The notes under the pieces: generated by a model
The model's input: only the letters and a program-made list of their open reading frames with translations
The model's database searches: none
What the model was told of the DNA's origin: nothing
Assembly (NCBI GenBank): GCA_038153405.1
Contig: JAYOYH010000028.1
Location: 1 to 41,720 of the forward strand
Direction: 5' to 3'
Source of the DNA: Gemmatimonadota bacterium
Lineage (GTDB): Bacteria; Latescibacterota; UBA2968; UBA8231
DNA length: 41,720 nt
Made by a program: the position numbers and the translations under genes
In this document: positions 27,990 to 37,314 of the stretch, one piece after another
Layout: the number at the start of each line of letters is the position of its first letter
Numbering within the stretch: the stretch's first letter is position 1

Positions 27990-28615
27990 AGCAGGGTGCC
28001 TACGACGAGGAGGAGTGCGTGCGCTTTGACTTCGTCGTCGACGCTCCACTCCTTGACCTCGCCGCCGATCTTTTCGATGACCTTGTCGGCCATTTGGTGA
28101 AACGGCGGTCGGCCGGGGTCGGCGATGACAATCTGGTCTACGCCGGCGGCAACAGATTTTTTGACGAGCTTGTAAATCGGGTCGACCATTTCGTCCCAAA
28201 AGCAGATATCGGCGCCCAGCAGCAGGCGCGTTCCCTTTAGATCTTTTTTCTTCAGTTCTTCAAAGGTCGCCTGGCGCGTCTCGATTTTGACGTCGTTGAT
28301 TTCGGCGTGCAGCTCCAGATAGGGAAAGACAGCCGGATCGGCGTCGAGTCCGGTGACCTTGGCATCGTAGTGTTTGGCGCAAAAAATGCCCGTTGGACCC
28401 CAGCCGCAGCCCGCTTCTAGCACGCGCGTCCCCTTGCGTAGGCCCTGCTGCTGAATAAAGTCCATAATGCACCAACTGGAGTTCCACACCTTGTTGCCGT
28501 GAATATTAGGTTCGTACTGGCTTTTTAATTTGCGCACGCGCGCATCGGCTGATTTGAGTACCGTGATGCCGTAAGCGTGGCGTTCTGTGCTCTTTTGCTT
28601 TTTCTTCTTTCCCAT
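27986..28615 (-). CDS. Class I SAM-dependent methyltransferase (Methyltransf_16/METTL21-like)
   Basis: HGNKVWNSS, VLEAGCGWG (motif I), LLLGADICFW and IADPGR. Lys-rich N-terminus. Confidence 0.82.
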   Translation of the reverse strand: MGKKKKQKSTERHAYGITVLKSADARVRKLKSQYEPNIHGNKVWNSSWCIMDFIQQQGLRKGTRVLEAGCGWGPTGIFCAKHYDAKVTGLDADPAVFPYLELHAEINDVKIETRQATFEELKKKDLKGTRLLLGADICFWDEMVDPIYKLVKKSVAAGVDQIVIADPGRPPFHQMADKVIEKIGGEVKEWSVDDEVKAHALLLVVGTLL

Positions 28616-28756
28616 ACCTCTGCGTAGTTTTCTCCGTTTTGCTGGCGTCTCTGCAATGCCATCGGCACTGCGCGTTGCACGCGTCTGACGAGGTCTTTAG
28701 CGACAGCAAAATGTAAGGGAATTGCGCTCGATCCTCAATTCGCGCAAAGGATACTC

Positions 28757-30160
28757 TTGGATATAATCTGTGCGCTGCGCCGTCGCTGGCGCGCGCCTGG
28801 CGGCTATCGCGAGTTTATCGGCATTGCCATGCCGCTTATTTTGAGCACGGCCAGCTGGAGTGTACAGCACTTTGTCGATCGCGTCTTTCTCACTTGGCAT
28901 TCGACCGAGGCGCTCGCTGCGGCACTGCCGGCCGGTATCGCCAACTTCACGTTTATCAGTCTCTTTATGGGCACGGCGCAGTATGCCAATACTTTTGTCG
29001 CTCAGTATGTCGGTGCGCACCGCCCAGAGCGGGTTGGACCGTCCATTTGGCAGGGAACGTATCTGGCCCTGCTCAGCGGCGTGCTGGCGCTCATACCGGC
29101 GCATTTTGCCGGCGATCTCTTTGACTTGATAGGCCACGATCCGAGCATTCGTAGTCAGGAGGTAACGTACTTTCGCATTCTCTGCTACGGAACGGGGCCG
29201 CAGGTGCTGGCGACGGCGACGTCGTGCTTTTTTAGCGGCCGCGGAGAGACTTGGGTTGTATTGGCGGTCAACGTGGTGGCAATTGCTGCGAATATTGTGT
29301 TGGACTACGCGCTAATCTTTGGCCACTGGGGCTTTCCCGCTCTCGGCATGGCCGGTGCGGCCTGGGCGACCAATATCGGACTGCTCATCTCGGCGGTGGC
29401 CTTTACCGCGCTCTTTCTGCGCAAGCGCTACCGCGATGAGTTTGCGACGCTGCGCGGTTGGCGCCCCGATGGACCGCTGCTGCGCCGCCTGCTGCGCTAC
29501 GGTGCGCCCAACGGCGTTAACTTTATGCTCGATATTATGGCCTTTACGCTGTTCCTGCTGATCGTTGGAAGGCTTGGGGCAAATGAGTTGGCTGCGACCA
29601 ATTTAGCCTTCAATATCAACAGCCTCGCGTTTATGCCGCTGATTGGCTGTGGCATTGCCGTATCGACGATGGTTGGTCAGCGCCTGGGCCGCGACCAGCC
29701 GGAAGAGGCTGAGTACTGCACGTGGACCGGCGTGCACCTAGCTCTGCTCTACATGGGGGGTATGTCGCTGGGCTACCTATTTCTGCCCGATGTGTTTCTC
29801 TCGCCTTTTGGCCTGCGCGCGCAGGGAGCAGATTTTATCGCCGCGCGCGATCTGGCGCGTTCGCTGCTGCGCGTGGTGGCCATCTACTGCGTTTTCGATG
29901 CGTTTTATATGATTTTTACGGCTGCGCTCAAGGGAGCTGGCGACACCCGCTTTGTCATGTGGCTATCCGTTTTGATGGCTTGGACTCTCATGGTCGTGCC
30001 GTCGTTTGTCGCGCTGGCCTATTTCGATGCCGGCATCTTTGTGCTGTGGAGCTTTATCTGCCTGTATATCATCGTCATGGGCATCCTATTCTACGCGCGC
30101 TTTCGCGGTGGGCGCTGGAAGAGCATGCGCGTGATCGAAGAGAATGCCGAGATTATTTAG
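28757..30160 (+). CDS. MATE-family efflux transporter
   Basis: About 12 hydrophobic segments; VDRVFL, VAQYVGA, NIVLDYALIFG.WGFPALGMAGAAWAT, VGQRLG and LKGAGDT. Confidence 0.92.
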   Translation: MDIICALRRRWRAPGGYREFIGIAMPLILSTASWSVQHFVDRVFLTWHSTEALAAALPAGIANFTFISLFMGTAQYANTFVAQYVGAHRPERVGPSIWQGTYLALLSGVLALIPAHFAGDLFDLIGHDPSIRSQEVTYFRILCYGTGPQVLATATSCFFSGRGETWVVLAVNVVAIAANIVLDYALIFGHWGFPALGMAGAAWATNIGLLISAVAFTALFLRKRYRDEFATLRGWRPDGPLLRRLLRYGAPNGVNFMLDIMAFTLFLLIVGRLGANELAATNLAFNINSLAFMPLIGCGIAVSTMVGQRLGRDQPEEAEYCTWTGVHLALLYMGGMSLGYLFLPDVFLSPFGLRAQGADFIAARDLARSLLRVVAIYCVFDAFYMIFTAALKGAGDTRFVMWLSVLMAWTLMVVPSFVALAYFDAGIFVLWSFICLYIIVMGILFYARFRGGRWKSMRVIEENAEII

Positions 30161-32474
30161 GGATCATATGTAGGCTTCCCTCGACGTCCTCTTCGCGCAC
30201 ATCCATGACCAGCGGATGGTATGCGTCGTTTAGCCACAGCTGCGTTTGGTCGGCGTAGCGCTCGCTGCCGACGTGGCCGCAACGGCCGCCCGTCGTCGTG
30301 GCCATCGCCCATCCTTCGCGGCCCATGTCGACAACCAAGCGATAGGTCGAGCCCGACGTCATGACAAAGGGCTGCGCGGTCGAAAAACCGGCGGCGCGCA
30401 CTGTACCGTTGCCGCCTGAGGTGGGAAAGGGGCCCGGGGAAAATAGGGCGCGCAGGCGGTCGCTGTGCTGGCCCAGCGGGTGCGGAAAGAGCACGCTGTG
30501 CAGATGGCCCCAGCGCCATCCCTCGATCTGCGTTCCGCACTGGTCGCGCAGCCAGCCTAGCGCCTCGCGGCAGCAGGCGTCGATCTCATCGTCGATGGCT
30601 CGTCCGGCAAACCAGCTTTCCATTTCGCCCTGAAGGAGTCGCCGTGCAAGGGCGCCGCTGCGCTCGGCGGCCAGATCAACCCAGCGCTGTGGGAAACGCG
30701 CTGCGGCCACGCGCCGTCGCCAAAAGAGCCAGAAGGCCTCAAAGATAGCTGGACCAATTTCTTCCGTTGCATAGCTACCGTCCCAGGTCGCCAGAATTGA
30801 AGCTAGCTCGCCTGCACCATCGACGCCGGATTGGCGCAGGTGGCGTGCCAGCAGCGGGGCCAGCTCTGCGGCGCGCGGATGCCGTATATCGGACTGTATG
30901 GCGGCGACCTCCTCGACAGAGAGGACGTCCTGTTGCTCGATGCGCTCGCGTATGCGGCGAAAGCGATAGCCGTCGGCCCAGTGTCCCAGCAGCACGTACT
31001 CGCTGCGGCCGCTCAGGGGCGGGTTGTTGGCGGTGGCAACCCAGTCGTGCGTCGGATTGAGTAGGTGCGGTAGTTTGTCAAAGGGCCACCGGCCGTTCCA
31101 GTCGTGTGCGGGGTCGTTGGCCGGGCGAAACCCCAGCCAGTCGGCTCTGCGGTGCGGCACAGTGCCGACGGCGTGGTAGCCAATCTGACCACTGGCATCG
31201 GCAAAGACGAAGTTGAGATTGGGAAAGGGCCAGCGCGCCAGCGCGCGTATGACCTCGTCCTGTCCGTTGGCGCGCATCAGCGCCAGCATGGACTCGAAGC
31301 CGCTGGCGCTGCTGGCTCCGGCCCAGCGCAGCGCCAGCGGCGGATCGCCGTCCTCTGCGACGGGCTGAACGAATTCGTTGACTAGTGGACCGCGCGCCGT
31401 ATGCTCGATGCGCAGCTCGCTGTCTGGGGCTCCGCGCACGCCGACCTGCTCGCGTTCGACGCGCAGGCGATGCCACTGCTCTCCGTCGCGATAGCGGCCG
31501 TCGCGCACCTCTTCTGCATAGAGATCGCGACCTGAAACCAGGTGATTGGTCAGGCCCCAGCAGGCCCCGCGCGTGCGCCCCATATAAATGCCGGGCGTGC
31601 CCAAATAAAACGCGCCGATGGCGTCTATGTCGCCGCACTGCAGGTGTGCTTCGTACCATTGACTGGGGTGGTCGAGAGCGTTGTGTGGATCGGAGGCCAG
31701 CACCGGCAAACCGCTGGCACTGCGGCTGCTGCCCACCACCCAATTGTTGCTGCCCTCACCCAGGTCGTGGCCGCTTGCTCCACGCGCCCCGTCGCCCGGC
31801 ACGATGCTCTCGACCAATTCTACCTCGAGAAAGGCATCGAGCATGTCGTCCGGCAGACAGCGCTTGCTGACTTCCTGCAGGGCAATCAGGTCTAAACGGC
31901 CGCTGAGCATCCACCAGCGCCACTTCCACACGGCGACGGAATCGGTGGGCGTCCACTCTTCAAAGTCGTAGTCGAGAATGTCGAATTCAAGCGGTCTGTT
32001 GGAGCGGCTGTGCTCGGCCGCTGCGTTAATGCCGCGTGCTAGCGCATTGAGCACGGCGCTGACTTCTTCACCGGCTGCTTCGACGGCCGCACGGGCAGAG
32101 CGCGCTAGCCCCAAGGTGCGCATGAGACGGTCGGAGTTCAGGCTGGTCGGGCCGAGAATTTCGGCCAGTCGGCCGCGTGCGCGTCGGCGCAGATAGTCCA
32201 ATTGCCACAGGCGATCCTGTCCCATGGCAAAGCCGAGCGCAAAGTAGGCATCGTCCAAATGCTCTGCGCGCACGTGCGTTGTGCCCCAGCGGTCGCGGCA
32301 CAACTGCGCATGCCCGTTCACCGCCTGTGGCAATTCGCCGCTGAGCAGTGGCTCTCGACTTTGCGCATGGCGGTGTAGTGCGGCGTGGATATCGTCGAGA
32401 CCCCGTTCGGCGGCCTGCTCTGCGCTGATTTCAGAGCGCAGCCACTGCAGTAGCACTTCGTATTTTTCATCCAT
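30153..32474 (-). CDS. Penicillin acylase family Ntn-hydrolase, no signal peptide
   Basis: RDRWGTTHV, GQDRLWQLD, GSNNWVV (N-terminal nucleophile Ser), ASDPH, TANN, WRWGHLH and YADQ. Confidence 0.9.
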   Translation of the reverse strand: MDEKYEVLLQWLRSEISAEQAAERGLDDIHAALHRHAQSREPLLSGELPQAVNGHAQLCRDRWGTTHVRAEHLDDAYFALGFAMGQDRLWQLDYLRRRARGRLAEILGPTSLNSDRLMRTLGLARSARAAVEAAGEEVSAVLNALARGINAAAEHSRSNRPLEFDILDYDFEEWTPTDSVAVWKWRWWMLSGRLDLIALQEVSKRCLPDDMLDAFLEVELVESIVPGDGARGASGHDLGEGSNNWVVGSSRSASGLPVLASDPHNALDHPSQWYEAHLQCGDIDAIGAFYLGTPGIYMGRTRGACWGLTNHLVSGRDLYAEEVRDGRYRDGEQWHRLRVEREQVGVRGAPDSELRIEHTARGPLVNEFVQPVAEDGDPPLALRWAGASSASGFESMLALMRANGQDEVIRALARWPFPNLNFVFADASGQIGYHAVGTVPHRRADWLGFRPANDPAHDWNGRWPFDKLPHLLNPTHDWVATANNPPLSGRSEYVLLGHWADGYRFRRIRERIEQQDVLSVEEVAAIQSDIRHPRAAELAPLLARHLRQSGVDGAGELASILATWDGSYATEEIGPAIFEAFWLFWRRRVAAARFPQRWVDLAAERSGALARRLLQGEMESWFAGRAIDDEIDACCREALGWLRDQCGTQIEGWRWGHLHSVLFPHPLGQHSDRLRALFSPGPFPTSGGNGTVRAAGFSTAQPFVMTSGSTYRLVVDMGREGWAMATTTGGRCGHVGSERYADQTQLWLNDAYHPLVMDVREEDVEGSLHMIPK

Positions 32475-32615
32475 AATTGCCCTCACTTAGTACGGGAATG
32501 GTCCTGCGCCACTCCTTGACAAAAATGCCGTTAATGGCGAACCTGCAGCATCGCCGCGCGACCAGTAGGTATGCTGTTGCATGCGGCGCCCAACGGAAAT
32601 AAGATGGAGCGCATT

Positions 32616-33515
32616 ATGAGTCAGCACTACTGGGGTATTGATCTGGGAGGAACCAAAATCGAAGGCGTTGTTCTCCCTTCCACTGAAGAGCCCGTTCCGC
32701 TGCTGCGCCTGCGCGTGCCAACGGAAGCCGATCGTGGCTATCAGCACGTGCTGGGGCAGTTCCAGAAACTGGTCGAACATATGGAGCGCGAAGTCGGACC
32801 GCGTCCCGAACGCGTGGGCATTTGTACGCCTGGCGTGATCGATCCACAAACGGAAAAGCTAAAGAACTGCAACGCGACTAGTCTCAACGGCCAGCTGCTG
32901 GCACGCGATTTACATAGCGCGTTGCACATGGAGATCGTCACCTCCAACGACGCCAACTGCTTTGCGCTGGCCGAGGCCCGACTCGGGGCGGCACGCGGTG
33001 CTGAGTCGGTATTCGGCGTTATTCTCGGTTCGGGCGTGGGCGGCGGCATCGTCGTCGGCAACCGAGCGCTCTACGGGGGGCAGGGCATTGCCGGTGAATG
33101 GGGTCACAATCTGCTGGACGCGGCTGGTCCCGCCTGCTACTGCGGGCGCAAGGGCTGCGTTGAAACCATACTTGCCGGTCCCTTTCTCGAGCGATACTAT
33201 GCCGAGCTCTCTGGGCAGCAGCGCTCTCTGGCAGACATAGCCGCGCGTGCCGAAAGCGGAGACGACGCACATGCTGCAGCGACGATCGACCGCTTAGTAA
33301 CGCAGTTTGGTCGGGGCATTGCCGCCGTAATTAACGTCCTCGATCCGCACGTAGTTGTGCTGGGCGGCGGCGTCAGCAATATCGATGCGCTCTACACGCG
33401 GGGCGTTGAAGAAACGGCCAAACACGTTTTTAACTATCGACTGGATACGCGCATCGTGCGCCACGAACTCGGTGATAGTGCCGGCGTATTTGGCGCTGCG
33501 ATGTTGGTCGCTTAG
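32616..33515 (+). CDS. ROK-family sugar kinase (fructokinase Mak-like)
   Basis: GIDLGGTKIE, NDANCFALAE, GEWGH, CYCGRKGCVE and GGGVSN. No HTH domain. Confidence 0.9.
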   Translation: MSQHYWGIDLGGTKIEGVVLPSTEEPVPLLRLRVPTEADRGYQHVLGQFQKLVEHMEREVGPRPERVGICTPGVIDPQTEKLKNCNATSLNGQLLARDLHSALHMEIVTSNDANCFALAEARLGAARGAESVFGVILGSGVGGGIVVGNRALYGGQGIAGEWGHNLLDAAGPACYCGRKGCVETILAGPFLERYYAELSGQQRSLADIAARAESGDDAHAAATIDRLVTQFGRGIAAVINVLDPHVVVLGGGVSNIDALYTRGVEETAKHVFNYRLDTRIVRHELGDSAGVFGAAMLVA

Positions 33516-33529
33516 ACCCAGACCCACCG

Positions 33530-34246
33530 TCAGGGACTTGGTCGCCTTGCCTTCCACTCGGCATATTCGGCGAGCGTGGCCTCATCGGGCGGATAGGTGC
33601 CGACAATACTGGCACCGGCACTGATTTTTTCCAACAAAAATTCCTCTTTGAGTTCCATTTCCTCTGCTGCATCGGCGACGTCTGCCGCTAGGTGGGCCGG
33701 AACGACGACGACTCCTTCTTCATCGCCCACGACGATATCGCCGGGAAAGACGGCGACTTCACCGCAGGATACGGCTACTTGAATCTCGCTGGGATGGTGG
33801 ATCGTCTTGTTGGTATGGGCGTTCATCGCCGACGCATAGGCGGCCAATCCGCTGGCGACGATGGTCGGCGTATCGCGATAGGCGCCGTCTGTGACAATGC
33901 CCACTGCGCCGCGCACTTGCAGACGCTTGGCCAGTATGGAGCCCATGGTGCCCGCACTCGTCTGTCCGCGCGCATCGATGACGAATACCGCTCCGGGTAG
34001 CACTTGTTCGATGCCTACGCGCTGCACGTCTTTCAGGTTGTCTAGCGGCACTTCGTCGAGGTCTTCACGCGCGGGAATATAGCGCAGCGTAAAGGCGGGT
34101 CCCGCCATATGCATTCCCGGTCCCAGCGGTGCCACGCCGTGCATAAAGGTGTTTTTCAGCCCGTGTGAGCGCAGCACCGAAGTCAGGGTCGCCGTGCTCG
34201 CACGTTTTAGCTTCTCGCAAATCTCAGTCGATACTTCTACTGCCAT
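33530..34246 (-). CDS. RraA/HMG-aldolase family protein
   Basis: GPAFTLRYIPARED, GIVTDGAYRD and VFPGDIVVGDEEGVVVVP. Confidence 0.88.
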   Translation of the reverse strand: MAVEVSTEICEKLKRASTATLTSVLRSHGLKNTFMHGVAPLGPGMHMAGPAFTLRYIPAREDLDEVPLDNLKDVQRVGIEQVLPGAVFVIDARGQTSAGTMGSILAKRLQVRGAVGIVTDGAYRDTPTIVASGLAAYASAMNAHTNKTIHHPSEIQVAVSCGEVAVFPGDIVVGDEEGVVVVPAHLAADVADAAEEMELKEEFLLEKISAGASIVGTYPPDEATLAEYAEWKARRPSP

Positions 34247-34267
34247 GTGCGTTTCTCCCAGTTCAAT

Positions 34268-35323
34268 TTAGCGAATGGCACCGCGCGCATCGACGGGCCA
34301 GACGGCTTCCACTCGGCCACCGCGCAGTGCGTAGATCTCGTTATGTTCGTTAAAGCAGGGACACGGATGAGCCAGCACGACCTGCACGCGCTCGCCTATT
34401 TGCGGCTTTTGCTCGCAGGCGCTCAAATCGATCTGACCGTGCTCTTCTGATGCACCGCTCAGGCGCGCCTGAGGATACTCGACTACGTAGCCCATGACGA
34501 CCTGTCCATGAAAGCTGGCCGTGGCGGCGCTTAGCGACTTGCTGCCTGCGTCGATGATGGCGCGGTTTTCGTTGGGGCGGCTAACGACAGTGGCCAAGAC
34601 GCGTCCGGCGCACTGGGCGACGGTGTGGGTGCCCAACTCGAGGTGTTTGACGCCGCCGACGGGATATTCCCCCGCGCGAAACTCCGTTAGTTCGGGAATC
34701 TCGTGTGCGGTGAAGGCGCTCGGCGTGCTGCCGCCGCTGACGATGGGATGGGGCAGGCCCGCTCTGTCGAAGGCATCGAGCACTTCGCGCAGAAACGGTC
34801 GCACGCTAGGCGGCGCCGGCATGATCATGACGCCGCGCAGAACTAGCCCCGGCGCCGAATCGACTGCCCTGGCTAGCTCGACGGCGCCCTCGGCGCTGGC
34901 CACGCCGGTGCGTCCCTGGTCGAGTTCGATGACGACGCCGACTTCGACGTCGCGCCCTACCGCCGCCGTCGATAGCCCGTCAATGGTGTAGTGCGAATCG
35001 GCTGCTACCGTCAAGCGCGTGCGGCGCGCTAGAGCCGTTAGGCGCTCCAGCTTCTGGCGCCCGATAATGTTGAACGGGATTAGAATATCTCCGTCAATGC
35101 CGCCGGCGGCCATGATTTCCGCTTCTCCGAGTTTTTGGCAGGTAATGCCAACTGCTCCGCGGCGCATCTGCATATGGGCAATGGCCACGCACTTATGCGT
35201 TTTGATATGGGGTCGCAGGCCGATGCCGTGCTGGTTGAAGTAGCTCTGGTAGCGATCGAGGTTATCCTCCAGGCCGTCCAAGTCTACGATCAACGCCGGG
35301 GTGTCGAGTTCTTCTATATGCAT
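34268..35323 (-). CDS. PLP-dependent D-threonine aldolase / D-serine dehydratase (DSD1)-like protein, alanine racemase fold
   Basis: LDTPALIVD, LRPHIKTHK, SGGSTP, DAGSK, SEEHG and HPC. RBS AAGGA before ATG 35323. Confidence 0.88.
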   Translation of the reverse strand: MHIEELDTPALIVDLDGLEDNLDRYQSYFNQHGIGLRPHIKTHKCVAIAHMQMRRGAVGITCQKLGEAEIMAAGGIDGDILIPFNIIGRQKLERLTALARRTRLTVAADSHYTIDGLSTAAVGRDVEVGVVIELDQGRTGVASAEGAVELARAVDSAPGLVLRGVMIMPAPPSVRPFLREVLDAFDRAGLPHPIVSGGSTPSAFTAHEIPELTEFRAGEYPVGGVKHLELGTHTVAQCAGRVLATVVSRPNENRAIIDAGSKSLSAATASFHGQVVMGYVVEYPQARLSGASEEHGQIDLSACEQKPQIGERVQVVLAHPCPCFNEHNEIYALRGGRVEAVWPVDARGAIR

Positions 35324-35348
35324 TGTCGTTTCCTTTCTGCGCAGCCAT

Positions 35349-35378
35349 AGGGTACGCCGCAGCGGATACACCTGTCAA
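35349..35378 (-). promoter_or_regulatory. Candidate sigma70 promoter for the DSD1-like/RraA pair
   Basis: Minus strand TTGACA, 18-nt spacer, TACCCT, about 25 bp upstream of the start codon. Confidence 0.4.
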
Positions 35379-35446
35379 TAAGAGCGCCCTGGGCCGCCGC
35401 AGTGCTTGTGCAAAATGCGCACAGTGCACTCCTTTTCGTTATGCCT

Positions 35447-35983
35447 ATGGACTTGCAACAGGGGATGCGCACTGCGCTGATGTGCGCGCTGACAACGGGT
35501 GATATGGCAGTGCATCGGCGTGCCGTAGAGGCGCTGAGCGCGCGCTTTGGCGATGCGGTCGAAGTGAGTGCGACCTACGATGCCGATGCCGCCGGCTACT
35601 ATGCATCTGAAATGGGCGAAGGGCTGCGGAAACAGCTAGTGTGCTTTTCTCGTTTGGTTGCCCCCGAAGATCTCTATGCGTTCAAATTGGAGGCGATAAA
35701 AATTGAAGAGGCGCTGGCGCACGCGGTCAGTGGCGCGCTTTGCCGGAGGGCCAATATAGACCCTGGGCTGCTCTCGTTGGGGAGCTTGGTGCTCAGCACG
35801 AGCAAGCATGCCCCCCACCGAATATGCATTGGGCCAGGCCTTTGGGCCGAAACGACATTGCTCTTTCAGAAAGGGGCGTATCGGCCCCAACCGTGGACGT
35901 ACTTAGACTATCAGCGCACCGATGTGCAGGCGTTCTTGCTGCGCTGCCGAAGGTGGTTGCGCCAACAACTGCGGGCTGTGTGA
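35447..35983 (+). CDS. DUF4416-like hypothetical protein
   Basis: YYASEMGEGL, RRANIDPG, LVLSTSK...HRI.IG.GLWAE and PWTYLDY, recalled as DUF4416 features. Start uncertain. Confidence 0.75.
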   Translation: MDLQQGMRTALMCALTTGDMAVHRRAVEALSARFGDAVEVSATYDADAAGYYASEMGEGLRKQLVCFSRLVAPEDLYAFKLEAIKIEEALAHAVSGALCRRANIDPGLLSLGSLVLSTSKHAPHRICIGPGLWAETTLLFQKGAYRPQPWTYLDYQRTDVQAFLLRCRRWLRQQLRAV

Positions 35984-36019
35984 GTGGGCCCTTGCCGCTG
36001 TTCGTCGTTGCCTTCTTCG

Positions 36020-37303
36020 CTACGAGCGAATTTCAATTGTCGCATCGCGCTCGGGGCCGACGGAAATCAGCGAGGCGGGCGCGTGGCTCAGTTCGGCAAT
36101 GCGTTCGACGTAGGCGCGCGCTTTGGCCGGCAGGTCTTCGTAGCGGCGCACTCCGTGCGTGGCCTCTTGCCAACCCTCGAATTCTTCGTAGATCGGTTCG
36201 CACTTTTCCAGCACGCGTGGATCGGAGGGAAATTGCTCGAGGATGGCTCCGTCGCAGCGGTAGGCCGTGCAGATCTTGAGGTGTTCCATCGTATCGAGAG
36301 TATCCAGCCGCGTCAGGGCAATGCTGGTTAGGCCGTTCAGGCGGGTTGCCGTGCGCACGATGGGTGCATCAAACCAGCCGCAGCGCCGCGGGCGTCCGGT
36401 CGTAGCGCCGAATTCGTTGCCCAATGTGCGCAGGTGGTCGCCCTCAGCCCCCAGCATTTCGGTGGGGAAGGGTCCGTTGCCCACGCGCGTGGTGTAGGCC
36501 TTGGTCACGCCAATGACTTCGTCGATGCGCGTTGGTCCAACGCCGCTGCCGGTGCAGGCCGCGCCGGCTGTAGTATTGGAAGAGGTGACGTAGGGATAGG
36601 TGCCGTGATCGACGTCGAGCAGGGTGCCCTGGGCGCCTTCGAATAGCACGTGGCGTCCCTTGTCGATTTCTTCGTTGAGGTAGAGCGAAATATCCCGCAC
36701 ATAGGGGCGCATGCGTTCCCCATAGGCGGTGTAGTCGTCAATGATCTTGTCCTCGTCGAGCGCATCGACGCCGTAGATTTTGGACAGTATTTCATTTTTG
36801 GCCCGAATGGCAGCGCGCAGTTTGTCGCCGAGCGTCTGCGTCTCGAGCAGGTCCATGACGCGCACGCCAAACGTGCGTTCGACCTTGTCGCGATAGGCCG
36901 GTCCAATGCCGCGCCCCGTCGTGCCGATTGTCACGCCGTTCTTACTCTCTTCACCTGCCCGGTCAAGCGCCTTGTGATAGGGCATCACCAGATGTGCGCT
37001 CTGGCTGATAAACAGCCGTCCTGCACAGGAAAAACCCTTTTCGCGCAGATCTTCTATTTCGCCCAGCAGCGCCTCTGGATCGACGACGACGCCGTTGCCG
37101 ACGACGCAGGCTTTATCCTCGTGCATGATGCCGGAGGGGATCATGTGAAAGACGAACTCCGTATCGCCTACTTTAACCGTGTGACCGGCGTTGGCTCCCC
37201 CTTGGTAGCGGACTACGATATCGGCTTCTAGCGTCAAGTAATCGACGACCTTGGCCTTACCCTCATCGCCCCACTGGGCGCCCAATGCAATTTTCGTTGG
37301 CAT
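36020..37303 (-). CDS. purA: Adenylosuccinate synthetase
   Basis: GAQWGDEGK, GGANAGHT, GTTGRGIGPAY, EGAQG.LLD.DHGTYPYVTSS and TTGRPRRCGW. Confidence 0.97.
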   Translation of the reverse strand: MPTKIALGAQWGDEGKAKVVDYLTLEADIVVRYQGGANAGHTVKVGDTEFVFHMIPSGIMHEDKACVVGNGVVVDPEALLGEIEDLREKGFSCAGRLFISQSAHLVMPYHKALDRAGEESKNGVTIGTTGRGIGPAYRDKVERTFGVRVMDLLETQTLGDKLRAAIRAKNEILSKIYGVDALDEDKIIDDYTAYGERMRPYVRDISLYLNEEIDKGRHVLFEGAQGTLLDVDHGTYPYVTSSNTTAGAACTGSGVGPTRIDEVIGVTKAYTTRVGNGPFPTEMLGAEGDHLRTLGNEFGATTGRPRRCGWFDAPIVRTATRLNGLTSIALTRLDTLDTMEHLKICTAYRCDGAILEQFPSDPRVLEKCEPIYEEFEGWQEATHGVRRYEDLPAKARAYVERIAELSHAPASLISVGPERDATIEIRS

Positions 37304-37314
37304 GATAAATTCCT

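Noticed and set aside
27990..28199. 70-aa N-terminal extension of the DHDPS-like ORF in the ORF track
   Set aside because: Arg-rich off-frame read-through of the methyltransferase gene. The ATGA-coupled start at 27989 fits better.
32516..32545. TTGACA upstream of the ROK gene as a sigma70 promoter
   Set aside because: No acceptable -10 hexamer at 16-18 bp spacing.
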